A DNA stretch of 64,000 nt from Fonticula alba ATCC 38817 (Eukaryota > Protista > Nucleariida). Positions 1 through 12,190 of this stretch are shown in pieces (position 1 is the first letter of the stretch; the number at the start of each line of letters is the position of its first letter). The translations under genes and the position numbers were made by a program. Below the pieces are notes generated by a model. That model ran no database searches. It was given only the letters and a program-made list of their open reading frames with translations, and was not told the DNA's origin. Location of the stretch: NCBI GenBank assembly GCA_000388065.2, contig KB932202.1. The stretch is one strand, 5' to 3'.

Positions 1-741
1 CGGGCACGGGGGGGAGGAGAAAACATCCCCGATGCGTTGGCATATGCTGACGGTCCAGGTGCCGGTGCATCTAGTGCTGGGGCCCGGCCTCATGTGGCCG
101 GCTGCCCTTCGGGGGGAGAACCGCGGACAAGTATGGTGCCGTGGACGGGGGCGCCCGGGCTTCAAAGCCCGGAAGCGTGCTTAGTTGTATGCGTGCGTGT
201 GTGTGCTGGGAAAAGGCAGAGCAGGCTGGCGCTCTGTTGAGACCCAGCCCAAGAAAGGAAAGTAGCTGGTCGAGGAGAGGCCTTTGAGCCAAGTGCGCCA
301 CCATGCCAGGCACTCGCCGATCAAGAGGAATCGAGACGGAACGGCGGCGCAGTCCCATCCCCCCCGCGACATGGCCATACAACCTTTCGGAGTCACACTC
401 CCAGAGCAGGACACAAGGCATCGAGGGTAGGGGCCGTGGCAAGACCGCATTCCGGTCCGCTGACAAAAAAAAGGAGGACGGGAAGCAGAAGTAGCGACAT
501 CTATGAAGCAGTGGAGTGCGGGTGGGAAGGAATGAAGTAGCACCGCCAGCGGCGTCCGGCGCCAAGCGGGCACGATGCTGGGACCCCTCCATGCCCGAGG
601 TGAGGGAGTCTGGGGGGGGGGGGACAAATACAGGGAAAGGAAGGAAGAGAGTGCATATGTCGGAGTGGACATCCGGATGGGGGAGAGAGAGAGAGAGAGA
701 GAGAAAAGACAACAGGAGTGTAGTGCAGGGGAGGAGATGAC

Positions 742-2140
742 TTAGTGCTCGATGGCGCGGATGGCCATCTGCAGGGCGCCATGGAAGGTGGCATTACCGC
801 CGATGAAACCACTCGCATGAACGAAGGTGCAGTCCTCGACGCCGGCCACGGTGGAGAGCTCACCGTCGCGGAGACCGCGCCACGGAGCCGGGAGGGCCTT
901 GCGCGACTCGAAGGAGGTGGGCGAGATGCCGACAGCGCGAATGCGGCTACACGGGCATCGCATGTGCACAAGGCCGGGGCCGGGGGGGGCAGGGGGGGGG
1001 CGGGGGGGCGGGGGGTCAGTCACAAGTCGGCTTGCTCAAGGGCAAATGCAGAGGGAGGTGGAGGGTGCGCACAAGCTGTCCGGGGAGGGCATGAGAATGT
1101 AAAGCGGGCGCTGGGCCTCGGGGATTTCATCCTCGATCTCCAGGTCAAAGAGGTGCTGCTGCCAGGGGGCGAACGAGTCGAAGACCATGATCTGACCGCT
1201 GGGGTGGTGGTCAAAGCGAGCGCGCAGGGCGTCACGGACAATGTTGCGGGTTGGCAGCCAGGTCCCCTTGACGTGCTCGATGGCATACTCGAACTCCTCG
1301 CCGGCCAGGGCAACGGCCTTCTTGAAGCGCTCCTGGGAGATCCAAGGAAGGCGGCATGGTTGGAGGAGATGGGGGAAAGGTTAGTTGGTGATGTGAGCGT
1401 GTGTGTGCGGGTGTGCGGGTGTGCGGGTGTGCGTGTCCGCGTGTCCGCGTGTCCGCGTGTCCGCGTGTCCGCGTGTCCGCGTGTGTGCGTGTCCGCGTGC
1501 GTATGTGTGGACAAATGGAGGAGCATGCCAGCATGCCCATCCAATCACAAGTGGAACATGCACAAAGCGCAATCGGGGGGCCGATGGCAGGGAGCCCATG
1601 GAGGGCGGCGGAGAGACGCACATCCATGTCGGTCTCCTCCTCATCCCAGCGAGGGAGGAAACGGCTGATGCGGGAGTTCAGGGAGGTGCTGTCCATGAAG
1701 AGACGCTCGCTGCAGGGACAGGCGCCAACACCATTGTCGATGGCATCCACCATGTGGATGAAGGACCGGTAGAGGCGCAGGTAGATGGCCTGGAAGCTGG
1801 GGTCGGACTCCGGAATGCCGACCTTCTTGGCGACGATCTCCCGGCCAAAGTGCCGGTAAATGAGCCCGGCGCTGCTGAGGCGCGTGGTGAAGCCGTGGCC
1901 GAAGACATCGCTGAACTCGCGCTGGTGATGATCATAACGGTGCGAAGCCGGGTCATAGACCGACCCGACATCGTACACAACGTCAGCCGTGGCCAGGACT
2001 TCGGCGTCGCGCGAGCGCACCAGCTGGGCACCCTTGAACTCCTCCGTCTGCCAGAGCATGTACGTGGCCAGAGCCTCATCCAGGTGGAAGGTCCCGGAGT
2101 GGGTGGCGATGATCTTGGTGCCGGGCTGGGCGGCGGACAT
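742..2140 (-). CDS. MYG1: MYG1 / UPF0160 family exonuclease (DHH-like), 3 exons, ~327 aa
   Basis: Model complement(742..946,1073..1332,1622..2140) has GT-AG introns and 984 nt. It carries the family motifs IATHSGTFHLDEALA, DVVYDVG, YDHHQREF, TRLSSAGLIY, VDAIDNG, PWQQHLF and FVHASGFIGG. Confidence 0.95.
1401..1500 (+). repeat. Imperfect (GTGTCCGC)n 8-bp tandem repeat inside MYG1 intron 1
   Basis: Directly visible run gtgtccgc gtgtccgc ... flanked by gtgtgcgg units. Confidence 0.9.
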
Positions 2141-2242
2141 GGCAGCGAAGGACGAGGCGTCGGTGGAGAAGGGGCGCAGGGCTACACAGAGGTGTGGAGG
2201 GTAAGCGACGGGAAGGGAGGCAGGGCGGGAGCAGGGGGGGGG

Positions 2243-2273
<31 letters not shown>

Positions 2274-2918
2274 AGGGAGGAGAATCGAGCGGGGAGGAGG
2301 CAAGACGAACAGGGAGGAAGGCTGCAAGGGGAGGGGGGTGTCCCAGAGACTTGGCCCATGGAACGGAGAGAGGACCGAAAAAGTCCAGCAACGGGTCTGG
2401 CAGCCTGGGTCGACGACCATCGGGGAACAAGGGACGCAAGGAACATGGCCAATGCTGGAGATGGAAATGGCCAACAGATCGGGGCGAGGGGAAATCGGGC
2501 GGGGGCGGGGGCGGGGGGGGGTGCTGGGGAGGATCGGCCCGCAGGACAGGGCGGTGAAATCAAAAAAGCCTGGTTCCCCGACCGCGTGTGCTGTGAGATG
2601 GTTGGTTGCTGGGGTGGACTCCCCCCTCCCAGGGCGGGGGAGACACGGCAGGGGAAGATGGGCTACCGGGGGATATAATGTTCATCATAAAAAATGGTCT
2701 CAACTATCCATTCTCCCGAGAAACGGCAAGCCGGACTCCAGGAAGGGCGGGGAGAGATTGGGGGGGCCGGGGGAGTAAGCAATGGACTGCGGTCCGAGGG
2801 GAGGGGCGCCTCCCCTTGAATGGCATTCTAATGTGGACGCAAGTTTCAGTCCGCCCCCTCGCGGGGAAAAGGAAGTCAACAAGTACATCCCACTCGGTCG
2901 CCACCGACAGGACTTGGG

Positions 2919-3099
2919 ATTAGCTTTCTTGCTTCGGCTAAGATCAAGTGTAGTATCTGTTCTCTTTAGGTTAATACCTAAAGTAAAGTCAATATGACTT
3001 TATTGGTATTTTCCCTATATTTGAGGCGTGAACCACTTGGCTTCGTGCCAGGTGGATCGCAGGTGGTCGTGGAATCCGCACTAGCTCCATGCACTGCCT
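2919..3099 (+). ncRNA. U2: U2 spliceosomal snRNA
   Basis: Contains the invariant U2 core GGCTAAGATCAAGTGTAGTATCTGTTCT with branch-point-binding GTAGTA at 2950-2955. Stem IIa is CTTTAG/CTAAAG (2964-2983), stem IIb is TAAAGTCA/TGACTTTA (2984-3002), stem III is CCACTTGGC/GCCAGGTGG, and stem IV has loop ATCCGCACTAGC. Ends are approximate. Confidence 0.93.
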
Positions 3100-4302
3100 T
3101 GCATCATACGCTCCCCCTTTCTTCATTAAAAATTGAACCGCCCTTTCGCCCGTGTGTTATCCCTGTCCCTCTCGCCTCTGTGCGTGTGGCTTGTCGGGAT
3201 TGTCCCTCGTGTGTGGCTCGGCATCTATATGTGTGCCTTGTTGTTCCCCTCGTCCTCCTTCCCCCTCCCCCCCTTTGGTGTGAGGGGACGACGCTGCGCG
3301 CGCGAAGCCACGGAAAAGGGGGCACCGGGGCGGTCACACGCACACCGAGGCCTGGGCCCTCGCTGTGTGGTGTCCATTGTTCCCCGCTCCACCGGGGCGA
3401 GGCCCCCGCCGGCCGGGGGCGGGGCAGGGGGCAGGGGGGGGGGGGGGGATCACACAAGCGGCCGAGCCCCAGGGCGGCCCAGACGTGGCCGCGGCGGAGG
3501 CGGGCACAGGGGCAACTGGCCAAGTTGTGCCGGGGAAATTAATATGAACCGTTGGCACATATATGGGTGTTTTCCCGCGCTCCCTGTCTTGGCTGCGCGC
3601 GCCCCGGTGGCCGCCAACGCATGGCAGACACCGGTCCTTCGGGCTTGGTGCGCGCATGCACACGCCATTTCTCACGGGGCTCCGGGCGACAAGCCGGGCC
3701 GGCGCCGAGCCAAATCTGTCCCACAAGTGTCGGGGGAGATCGCTCACGCGTCCCCCCCCCCGCCCCCCATAAAGGGGTCTTCGTGGAACAGGATGGCGCG
3801 CGTCGAGCATGCCCAAATGTGGCCACGGGGGCGGGGCAGGCGAGATTCCCGCGACAGGGCCAGCCAGGCGTCCAAGCGATCGGCAAACCCTCACTTATTT
3901 AGCCCTCAATCACTGTGCGAACTCCACCGCGCGAGCGCCCCCACAGTTCCCAGCGACTCTCGGTGTCGCTGCCACTCGCCAGCGCATGGGCCCTGTGGGC
4001 TCGGGTGTGTGGCTCCCCCCCCCGCCCTGGAAGAGCTCAAGGAGTAGCGCCTTGACCACGCCTCCCTCCATGCCCGGTCCCACCAGGGCATCTCGGGCGA
4101 GGGTGCGAGCAGGGGGAAATCCGGCTCCAGCCAAACCGGCCGACCAGGGGAGCCGCGCCTCTGGGCCAGCCGCCGGAATGTCGGGTCCTCGGCTGGGCCT
4201 CCGTGTCAAACCCCCCCCACCCCCGTCCCCGAGGACGCATGGGGACGCACTACGATCGCGCACTCCGGTTCTCTGGGCCTGTGTGGGGCTCCATGCCATG
4301 GG

Positions 4303-4605
4303 GGATATTTCGGCCCCCTCTTTTGGGTATGTCCGTCCGAGGGGCGCCTCAGAGCCCGGCGGCCAGCGTTGGTCCAGAATTAAACCCGCCCCGGTGGTGC
4401 CCCGCCGACCGCAGGGCAAACGACGATTTTGCCAGACGCACATAACGTGTGCTCTTCCGATCTGGATATTTCGGCCCCCTCTTTTGGGTATGTCCGTCCG
4501 AGGGGCGCCTCAGAGCCCGGCGGCCAGCGTTGGTCCAGAATTAAACCCGCCCCGGTGGTGCCCCGCCGACCGCAGGGCAAACGACGATTTTGCCAGACGC
4601 ACATA
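4303..4605 (+). repeat. 142-bp direct duplication joined by a 19-nt Illumina adapter remnant (assembly artefact)
   Basis: 4303..4444 is identical to 4464..4605. The spacer 4445..4463 is ACGTGTGCTCTTCCGATCT, the 3' end of the TruSeq read-2 primer/adapter. Confidence 0.93.
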
Positions 4606-4790
4606 TGTCGCGCCAGGCGCCCTATGTCTTTCCCTTGCTGCCCTCTCCTCATGAACACAAGCCAAACTCCTTGGAAAGAGGATCTCGGGCGTAGCATCAC
4701 AGGCCTTCGCACCTCTCCCACTAGGATGGCGAAGGATGGGATGCGCCTGTACCTGTATGTGTGTGTGTGTATGGCGGTGCAGATCGCTGG

Positions 4791-4973
4791 ATGGGAGAGG
4801 GGAAGGGAGAAGGACCTGCCATCTGTCCCTCGGCTTGCGAGGACGGATCCCCCAGGCCCGCCAGGCGGTCCCAGATCGGAAGAGCACACGTATGGGAGAG
4901 GGGAAGGGAGAAGGACCTGCCATCTGTCCCTCGGCTTGCGAGGACGGATCCCCCAGGCCCGCCAGGCGGTCCC
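4791..4973 (+). repeat. 82-bp direct duplication joined by a 19-nt Illumina adapter remnant (assembly artefact)
   Basis: 4791..4872 is identical to 4892..4973. The spacer 4873..4891 is AGATCGGAAGAGCACACGT, the standard Illumina adapter read-through. Confidence 0.93.
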
Positions 4974-5295
4974 CCGCCCCTACCCTCCCCGGCCCTCCTG
5001 CCCGACTGAAAGGAGGCTGGCATGGATCAGGACACCCGGTGCGCGGGAATTTCCCACCCCCCCCCTGTCCACCTGTTGCCTGATTTCTCAGCCTCTCGCC
5101 TTGCCTGCTCGCCTTGCTGCATGTTCCTGCTCGGGTCCCGGCTGGCATCACACCTCTCGCGTGCTTGCGCCCCCTCGCGGCTGAGACACCTTTCTCGGCC
5201 CTCACCGGGCACCCTCGCCCCGTCCCAACCTCTGCCCTTGGCCAAGCCTCGCTGGCACGGCCAGCCCCCCCCCCCTCCTTCCCAGCCGGTGAACC

Positions 5296-8200
5296 ATGGA
5301 CCCCGCCGACTATAATATGCTCACCCACACGGGCGACAGCCAAGACCCCATGTTCTCGCCCTTTGATGATGGGACGCTCCTTCCGCACTCGCCCGAAACC
5401 AGCCTCGTGGACATCGGCCTTGGGCAGCCCGGGCTAGCACAGCTTCACAGCCGCCGGGCGGCCCCGGGGCTCGGGAGCCTCTCCCGGCCCGGACGCCCGG
5501 CCTCACTGGACTCCATCCCCGCGCTGGGGTCCATCAACACCGGGCCCGCGGACCTGGGAGACATGTCTCCCAGCGATGTGGTCCCGCCGCCACTGCAACA
5601 GCACCACCACCACTACCACTCGGGCCAGGGAGATGGCGGGGCCGATGACGAAGAGTATGCCCACTACCATCATGCCGGGCACTTGGCCGAGTCGGCCGAG
5701 GACGATGCCGAGTATGATGACCAGCCCCCGGGTCTGATGCTGGATGGCAGCGCTCACGACCTGGCCGAGGACCCGGGCCCTCCGGCCGAGGGCCACTCGC
5801 ACCTTGGCGTGACGCATGTGCCCCAGCCGGAAGCCTCGGCTCCGGCCCGCCAAGCAGGCGCCCATGGCCACCATCACCATGACCATCCATCGGACGGCTC
5901 GCCGGCTGCCGGGCAAAGCTTCGCCTTCAGCTTCGCGCCCTATGTCGACGCCCCGGCGCCGGCAGGGGCTACCAAGCCCCCGGGCAAGATTTATCGCTCG
6001 CTCGAGCGCGTGGGCCTGACCAAGCCCCTGTCCATCCTCATTGGCCTGGTGGCCAGCGGTGTGGCCACGCGCTGGCTGGCCCTCGTGCTGGCCTGTTGCG
6101 CACTCAACGTCTTCACCTATGTCCGAGTATGTGGGCATCCTTGGGCCCGGCCCCTCTCTAGCTCTCGCTGCTGCTCGAGCTCCGGCATGCCACACCGTTG
6201 GGTGCCATCCCGCCGCTTCTAACCGAACAGCCTTCACGCTCTCGTCCCCTTCCCCCCCCCCCTCCGCCATGGGCCCCCATTGCCGCCGCACAGGACGAAA
6301 TGCTTCTCGACATGCCACCCCCCCGCGGGCATGCGAACATTTTGTTCGCCGCCGCGGCCGCCATCGTGCCCCTCGGCTTCGCCGCGGTGGCTCACATCTT
6401 CCTGGTCCGGCGGTACCAGCGCGCGTCGTTGGAGATGGCCCTCGGCCTCCGGGCCCCGGCCCGGCCGCGGTCCCTGGTGGCCGGGCTGCTGATCATGGCC
6501 AGCTCCCTGCTGGGGCTCAGCTCGGTGCCGAATTCCACGCGCCTCTGGGACACCTGGGCCCGGTGGATGCTGATGTTCCTGTGGCGGGCCCTACTCGGCC
6601 TCGGGGCCGGCGCCACCATCCATGGATCCCTGCGCCTCATGTCAGCCGAGTATTTGTCGGCGCGCATTCGCTCGGCCAGCAGCCACAACATGCTGGGCAT
6701 CTATTCCGGCCCGTCAAGCATGTTGGCTGTCCCCGGGCCGTCCTCGATGAACCTCGCACTGGCGTCTGACCTGCGCACGTCCAGCGGCGCGCATCTGCCG
6801 GTGTTGGCCGGCGCCGGCATCGTCCCTCCGGGCAATGGCTCCCAGCAGCAGCTCCAGCAGGCCCTGATGCTGCCTGCCACGGCCGCCGGACGTGCCGGCT
6901 CGTTGGCCCTCATCCCGGCCTCGGACCGGGCCCCGGCCGCGCCGAGCCTCCTGGGCGGCGGCAACAGCCTGCTGGATACGATGGCCGCCCCGCGGGTGTA
7001 TCACCCGGCCGCCGGTGGTGGCAGTCTGATCCGCATGCGCTCAGCCATGAGTTTGAGCGATGCCCCGCTGCTGCTCGGGGAGTTGGGCGACCCCAGCGCC
7101 GCCGGGACGGCGAGCGGCCTTCCCATTGGCCCGCCCCTGGTGGCCGGGCCCCAGCGTCACCCGGCCGCCGCTGCTGCGCCGGTCATTTTCATGGTGGCCC
7201 CACCTGGTGGGCTGGCGGCCGGCCTTGCCACCGCCACCACCCCCGCTGCTGCTGCTGCTGCTGCCGCCGCCGCCGCCGGGATCAACACCACTGGCCGGTC
7301 TGGCACGGAGGAATCCTCGCCCTTCTCCTCGCCGGAGTCCCTCTCCACAGTGTCGCCCCAATCGTGCCTCCTGGTCAAGGGGGCCTGCTGCGACAGCTGG
7401 AAGCAAACCCCCAGCTTCCGGCCGCTGGACGACGCGTCGCACCTGTACTCGGCCTATTGCGACCGGTGCCCGGGCGGCGGGTCCGGCGGCCAGCAGTGGA
7501 CCGGGATGACGCCGCTTCTGGGGCCTGCCCATTCGGCCGGCGGGGCTCTCGGCGCCTCGGCCTTCCACCTGCCCCGGTTGCTGCCCTTCGAGGCCCATAT
7601 CAAGCCCTCGAAGTGGATCACCGGGCGCCTGCGCCTGGCGATCGTGGGCCTCGGGCGCCTCGCCGGTCGTACGGCCATGTGGTGTGGAATCATGCTGGCG
7701 GGCCTGTTCGGCGCGTCGATCCTCGGGGTGCGTCTCCGGAAGCGCGCACACACACGCACACACGCACACACGCACACACGCACACACGCACACACGCACA
7801 TGCGCACACACCACGACCACGATGCTCGCCCTGGGGAACTCGAGTTTCCCCTTTTTGGCCTTTACCTTGCCCCGTGCGCTGGTCTGACTCGCCCACCGGA
7901 CGGTGTCTCCTCCTGCTTCCCCCCCCCCCCCCCGCCAATTATAGCCCCGCTACCTCAAGTACGACTCCATCATCTTCATCATGGGCATGGTGGCCCTGGC
8001 GCTGGCCACGGCGGCGCTCTTCCTGCCGAGTCTCGGCCTGGGTGGCGATATTGAAGTCCAAACGCTGGCCCGGATCCAGGCCCTGTCGTCTCCGACGGCC
8101 GGCGGGGTTGGGGCGGGGTCGCGTGCAAGCGGCCAGCCCGTGCCTGGCGCCAGCGGCCCAACACCGACCGGCGGCGGCAGCAGTAGCAGCATGAATCTCG

Positions 8201-9536
8201 ATCGGACGGAGCCTGCCCGCGCTGGGCAGCCGCACATGCGCAAGCCCAAGCGCGTGTTCTTCCGGTGCGTGGCGTGGCAACACGCACGCATGTGTCCGCC
8301 CCCAATCGCCCCAACCCACCCCCCGGAGTTGTGATCGCGCACACATGTGTCATGGCCGCCCCGGGCCAATTGGCCAAGGGCAGCGGGCGAAAGCCGCGGT
8401 CGACACGGAGCAGCGATGTTCCAAGCCCACCGCCATGAGTCGCCTTTTTAAGCCTGACCCCCCCATGCACCCACCCGCCCACCCACCCGCCCGCCCGCTG
8501 GGCCCATGTTTTTCGCTTGCCATTAGCCTCTGCTCCTCGGCGTATCGGGCTTTCCGTCGCGGGCACTCCACCGTCATGATTAGCTCCGGTTTCATCATCC
8601 CGCATGCGGTGCTCCGCCGGCACCCGGCTCGGTATTCCAGTGTCACCGGCTCGATCACCTTCCTGGTTTTCCTCCTGGGGGGGCTCTGCCACTTCATTGG
8701 CCGTTATCTGGTGTCGCAAGGGCTGAAGCGCATCATGCCGGATGCCCACCACCGCGGCCAGGTCCGGATGCATTTCGCCCTGCGTGCGCTGGCCTCCCTG
8801 GCGGCCATTGTCCTGGAGGCCGCCCTGCTGGGCCTGGCCTTCGCAAATGGCGCCGAAATCCCGGGATCCATCGGCGATCAGGACGGGCTCTTGTTGAAGA
8901 CTTGCGGCCTGCTGGCCGGGGCCTTCCTCATCGGCGGGACCGCCTCCTCCAGCCCGGTGGCCCTGGAGCCCTTCTTCCAGCACCTGAAGTTCGATGTGGA
9001 TGGCGTGCCGCTGGTCCGCCTCCATGGGCTGCTGGACATCGGCGAAAGCCGGGGGATCTGGTCCACGGTGGAGGCCGCCTGCGAGGCGGTCATCGGCCTG
9101 GCCGTGGTCGCGCTGCTGGGCTGTGTCATGGACGAGTATGGTGTCTTCACGGCCAGCCCCTGGGTGGTGGTGGCCCCGCTGGTGTTGGCGTACGTACCTG
9201 CCCGTGGATGTGGCCCTCTGTGCCTGTGTCGCCTGCATCTTGGCCTTGTGACTGTCGGCCCTGTGTCGGTTCTGCTGTCGATGGCGAGTCCCTGCCCGTA
9301 ACTAACGTCCCCCCTCCCTCCCCCGTGCCTTGCTTGTACACTCATGCGTGTATGACGCCGAATGCGACCGAACAACACGCTCCCCTCTGCCGACCCAATG
9401 TTTCCCCTCCCGTGCCCTTAAAATGCGCAGCGGGTTCTTCCAACTCCTGAAGAACCTGTGCACCGTGGTCATCGGCTCGAATCCGGCTGCGACCAACAAC
9501 AGCAGTCTCGTCTCGCCGGAAATCACCTCCATCTGA
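5296..9536 (+). CDS. Large multi-pass membrane protein, MFS-like two-bundle topology, His-rich N-terminus, ~1117 aa
   Basis: Model join(5296..6126,6294..7727,7945..8264,8527..9189,9431..9536) has matching phases and 3354 nt. It shows two clusters of hydrophobic helices (e.g. WARWMLMFLWRALLGLGAGATIHG; GLAVVALLGCVMDEYG) separated by a long low-complexity loop. The family assignment is tentative. Confidence 0.7.
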
Positions 9537-10450
9537 GCGAGTCAAGAAGGCTGTGTGCCGCCGCTTGCGCGCGTGCGCACACGCGCATACATACGCATGC
9601 ACATGCACATACAAACACATGGAAGTAGGTGGAGCAAGAAAGAGTGAGAGAAAAAAAGTCAGACAAAGGGCCCGGCCCCCGGGTCACACCAAGCACAGGT
9701 GAGAGTCCCCCCCCCCCCCTGCTCCGATCCGAGGCTCCAGCTCACTTCCATCCTGAGAGGGGGCATCATCATCTGCGAGGACCGCAAGAGTTCGACGGCC
9801 CCATGTGCTGTCTCTTTGCGTCAGTACAATGGGCGGCCGCTCGGACGAAAAGTCAACTTGCCCGCCCTAGATGCCTCCCTTACCCCTGCGGCCGGGCCGT
9901 CTTCAAAAGAACCCCCACTCGATGTCTAGAAGGGAAAAGTCTGCCACCTGGTGCCAGCAAAAGCCTCCCCCCCCCCCCCTGTGTCGGCGTCTGGCGTACG
10001 TGATACCGACAGATGCTCCAGGGCTCAGTCACACTTGCCATATGCTCCCTGGAGTGACTGTACTGGATGCGAGTGTGTGTCTACCATGCGTAGCCGCACA
10101 ACAGAGCACAAGACCCGGTGACATGCCTGTTAGGAAGCAGGGGCCGGGCGAATGGTCCACAACCCCACTCTTGCCGCCCCCTCCCCCCTCCCCCCCTCCC
10201 CTTAAAAAGCCGAGTGCAGAAAGCTCCCCTCCCCTGCCTGCACCGTATCATCAGAAGAAGCAGCCAAGCAATACATAGATACCCTCGACCAGCCAGCAGA
10301 CAACATTGCATGCGCATATGAAGGGGCGGGGCAAGAGGGCTCCATGCGGGCCATGCGCTGGGGCTGTTCCACAGGCTGGAGGCAAGGAAAAAAAGCAGGC
10401 AGGAGGAATCATGCCAGTCAGGAGCCAAGGGCAGCGAAGAGGGTGGGTCT

Positions 10451-10526
10451 CTATTCCGGAGCGGCCTCCGGGCAGGGGCGCGGGCCTCCGAAGAAGCTCT
10501 TTAGCGTTGCCTGCTGAGCAGCAGCA

Positions 10527-10560
<34 letters not shown>

Positions 10561-12154
10561 GGGCTTTCTTCGAATCCCCAGGCCCGGACGTGGGATGGTG
10601 ATTTGCCGCGACCACCCGCAGGGGAGCGCGTTGGCCCGGCGCCATGACGGATTCCGCCGCTGGACGAATGGCCGGCCCCGCGGTCCGGGGGACTACCCTC
10701 GGCCCGGGGTCCATACGGGCTGCGCGATAGAAAGATTCCAAAATGGTGCCGCCGCCGGGCCCGGAGCCGGACAAAGGCCCCGGAGCTGGGCGCTTGCGGG
10801 CCTGCCCGGGGCCGCCTGCGGCGCCGGCTGGCCCGCCGGAGGTCCCACACCCGGCCGGCGCCAGGATCCCCCCGCGGAAGGGGTAGTCCTTCGGGTGGGG
10901 GATGCGCCAGGTGTCGGTGCTCAGCAAGCATGCCACCAGGCGCAGGGCATTGCCAGCGCGGGCCTCGGGGCAAGCGAAGCGCCAGCAGCCGGCGGGGCAG
11001 CCGCCCGGCGCACCGACGCACCCAGCCCCGGGCGCCGGCACGGCAGCCACCCTCAAGAGGGGCAAAAAGTCCAAGCTGAAGCGGTAGATGGCGCGGGCAA
11101 TGTCCCCCATTTCGCCGGGATGCTGGGCGATGCCACAGGCGGGGGTGCCGCCGCAGCGGGCCCCCTTGTCGGGGCTCGGCTGGCCCGGGTGCCGGCCGAG
11201 TACCATGTTGGCTTCTTCGAGTGCGAAGGCGACGTCGAGGCACATTGGGCAGGAGCGAAAGGTGCAGAGGGGCCCAGGAAGACGGGCAGAGGGCGTGTGT
11301 GTGTGTGTGGGGGGGGGGGGTGCAAGGGAGGTGAGCAAGAGGGTTGCAACCAAGCCGGGTGACGTAGCTCAAGTGGACAAACCTTTGCGCAAGTTCAGCC
11401 AGCCGGTGAGCCATGCGGGAGGACCGGCCGGCATGGGGGTTGTCCGGGCCCCGGAGCCGGGAGCCGCGCTTGAGCCCAGGGCCCGGGGCCCGCCGGGCTC
11501 CGGGATCTGCGCCGCCAGGCGGCGCCGCCGTCTCCGCAGGAAGCGCTCGGCCCGGGCGCAAATGTCCGCAAAGTGCTGGGCGACCAGGCCTACAGGAGGG
11601 GGAGGATCCAGTTGGTCAGGGGGGAATGGGAGGGAGCCTCAGCAGAGGCCAGCCGAAGGGCGAAGAGGGAGAGCGGGGGGGGGGGGGGGGGGGACAAGCA
11701 GAGGAGAGCAGTCATCGCCTGGCATGGAGAGCATGCCCCAGGTGCCGGGACGTGTCACGGCACGCGCAGCCAGTGTGGCGCACCATTCCAAAGGAAGAGC
11801 ACCCAAGGAAAGCCCAAGCCACCAGTGGTACTGGTGATGCCGCGGCCGGAAAAGTACCGCGGGAGGAGGCGAAGCTCGTGCGAGAGGAGGATCCGTTCGA
11901 CGGTGGACAGGAGCCAGAAGCAGGCAGCATCCTCGAGGGCGGAGTCGGGCTCGGTGGGTGCGGCCACCACGGAAAAGATGCCGGAGATGTGTCGGACACT
12001 GAGGTTCATCACGGCCCCCGAGAGGGTGTATCCGGTGTCGTTGATGCGCTCTGAGCGGGCACCGGGGAGGGGAGGGGGGGGGGGAGAATATCATGCAGTC
12101 AGCCACGAGCCCGGTAGGCACGAGGCCCCGAGGCGACAGGGGGCGCATGTTCGT

Positions 12155-12190
<36 letters not shown>

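Noticed and set aside
71-712. Minus-strand ORFs at the left edge of the window
   Set aside because: No recognisable domain or consistent splice model was found. They could be UTR or a gene continuing outside the window.
4303-4973. Repeat-spacer-repeat units resembling a CRISPR array or a transposon footprint
   Set aside because: The spacers are Illumina adapter sequence, there are only two copies per repeat, and there are no cas genes. This is an assembly artefact.
11230-11260. UBZ zinc finger / Y-family polymerase (CPMC) in the PIP-box gene
   Set aside because: The CPMC probably lies in an intron, the downstream H/C ligands are absent, and no polymerase catalytic motifs (DxDxF, SxDE) were found.
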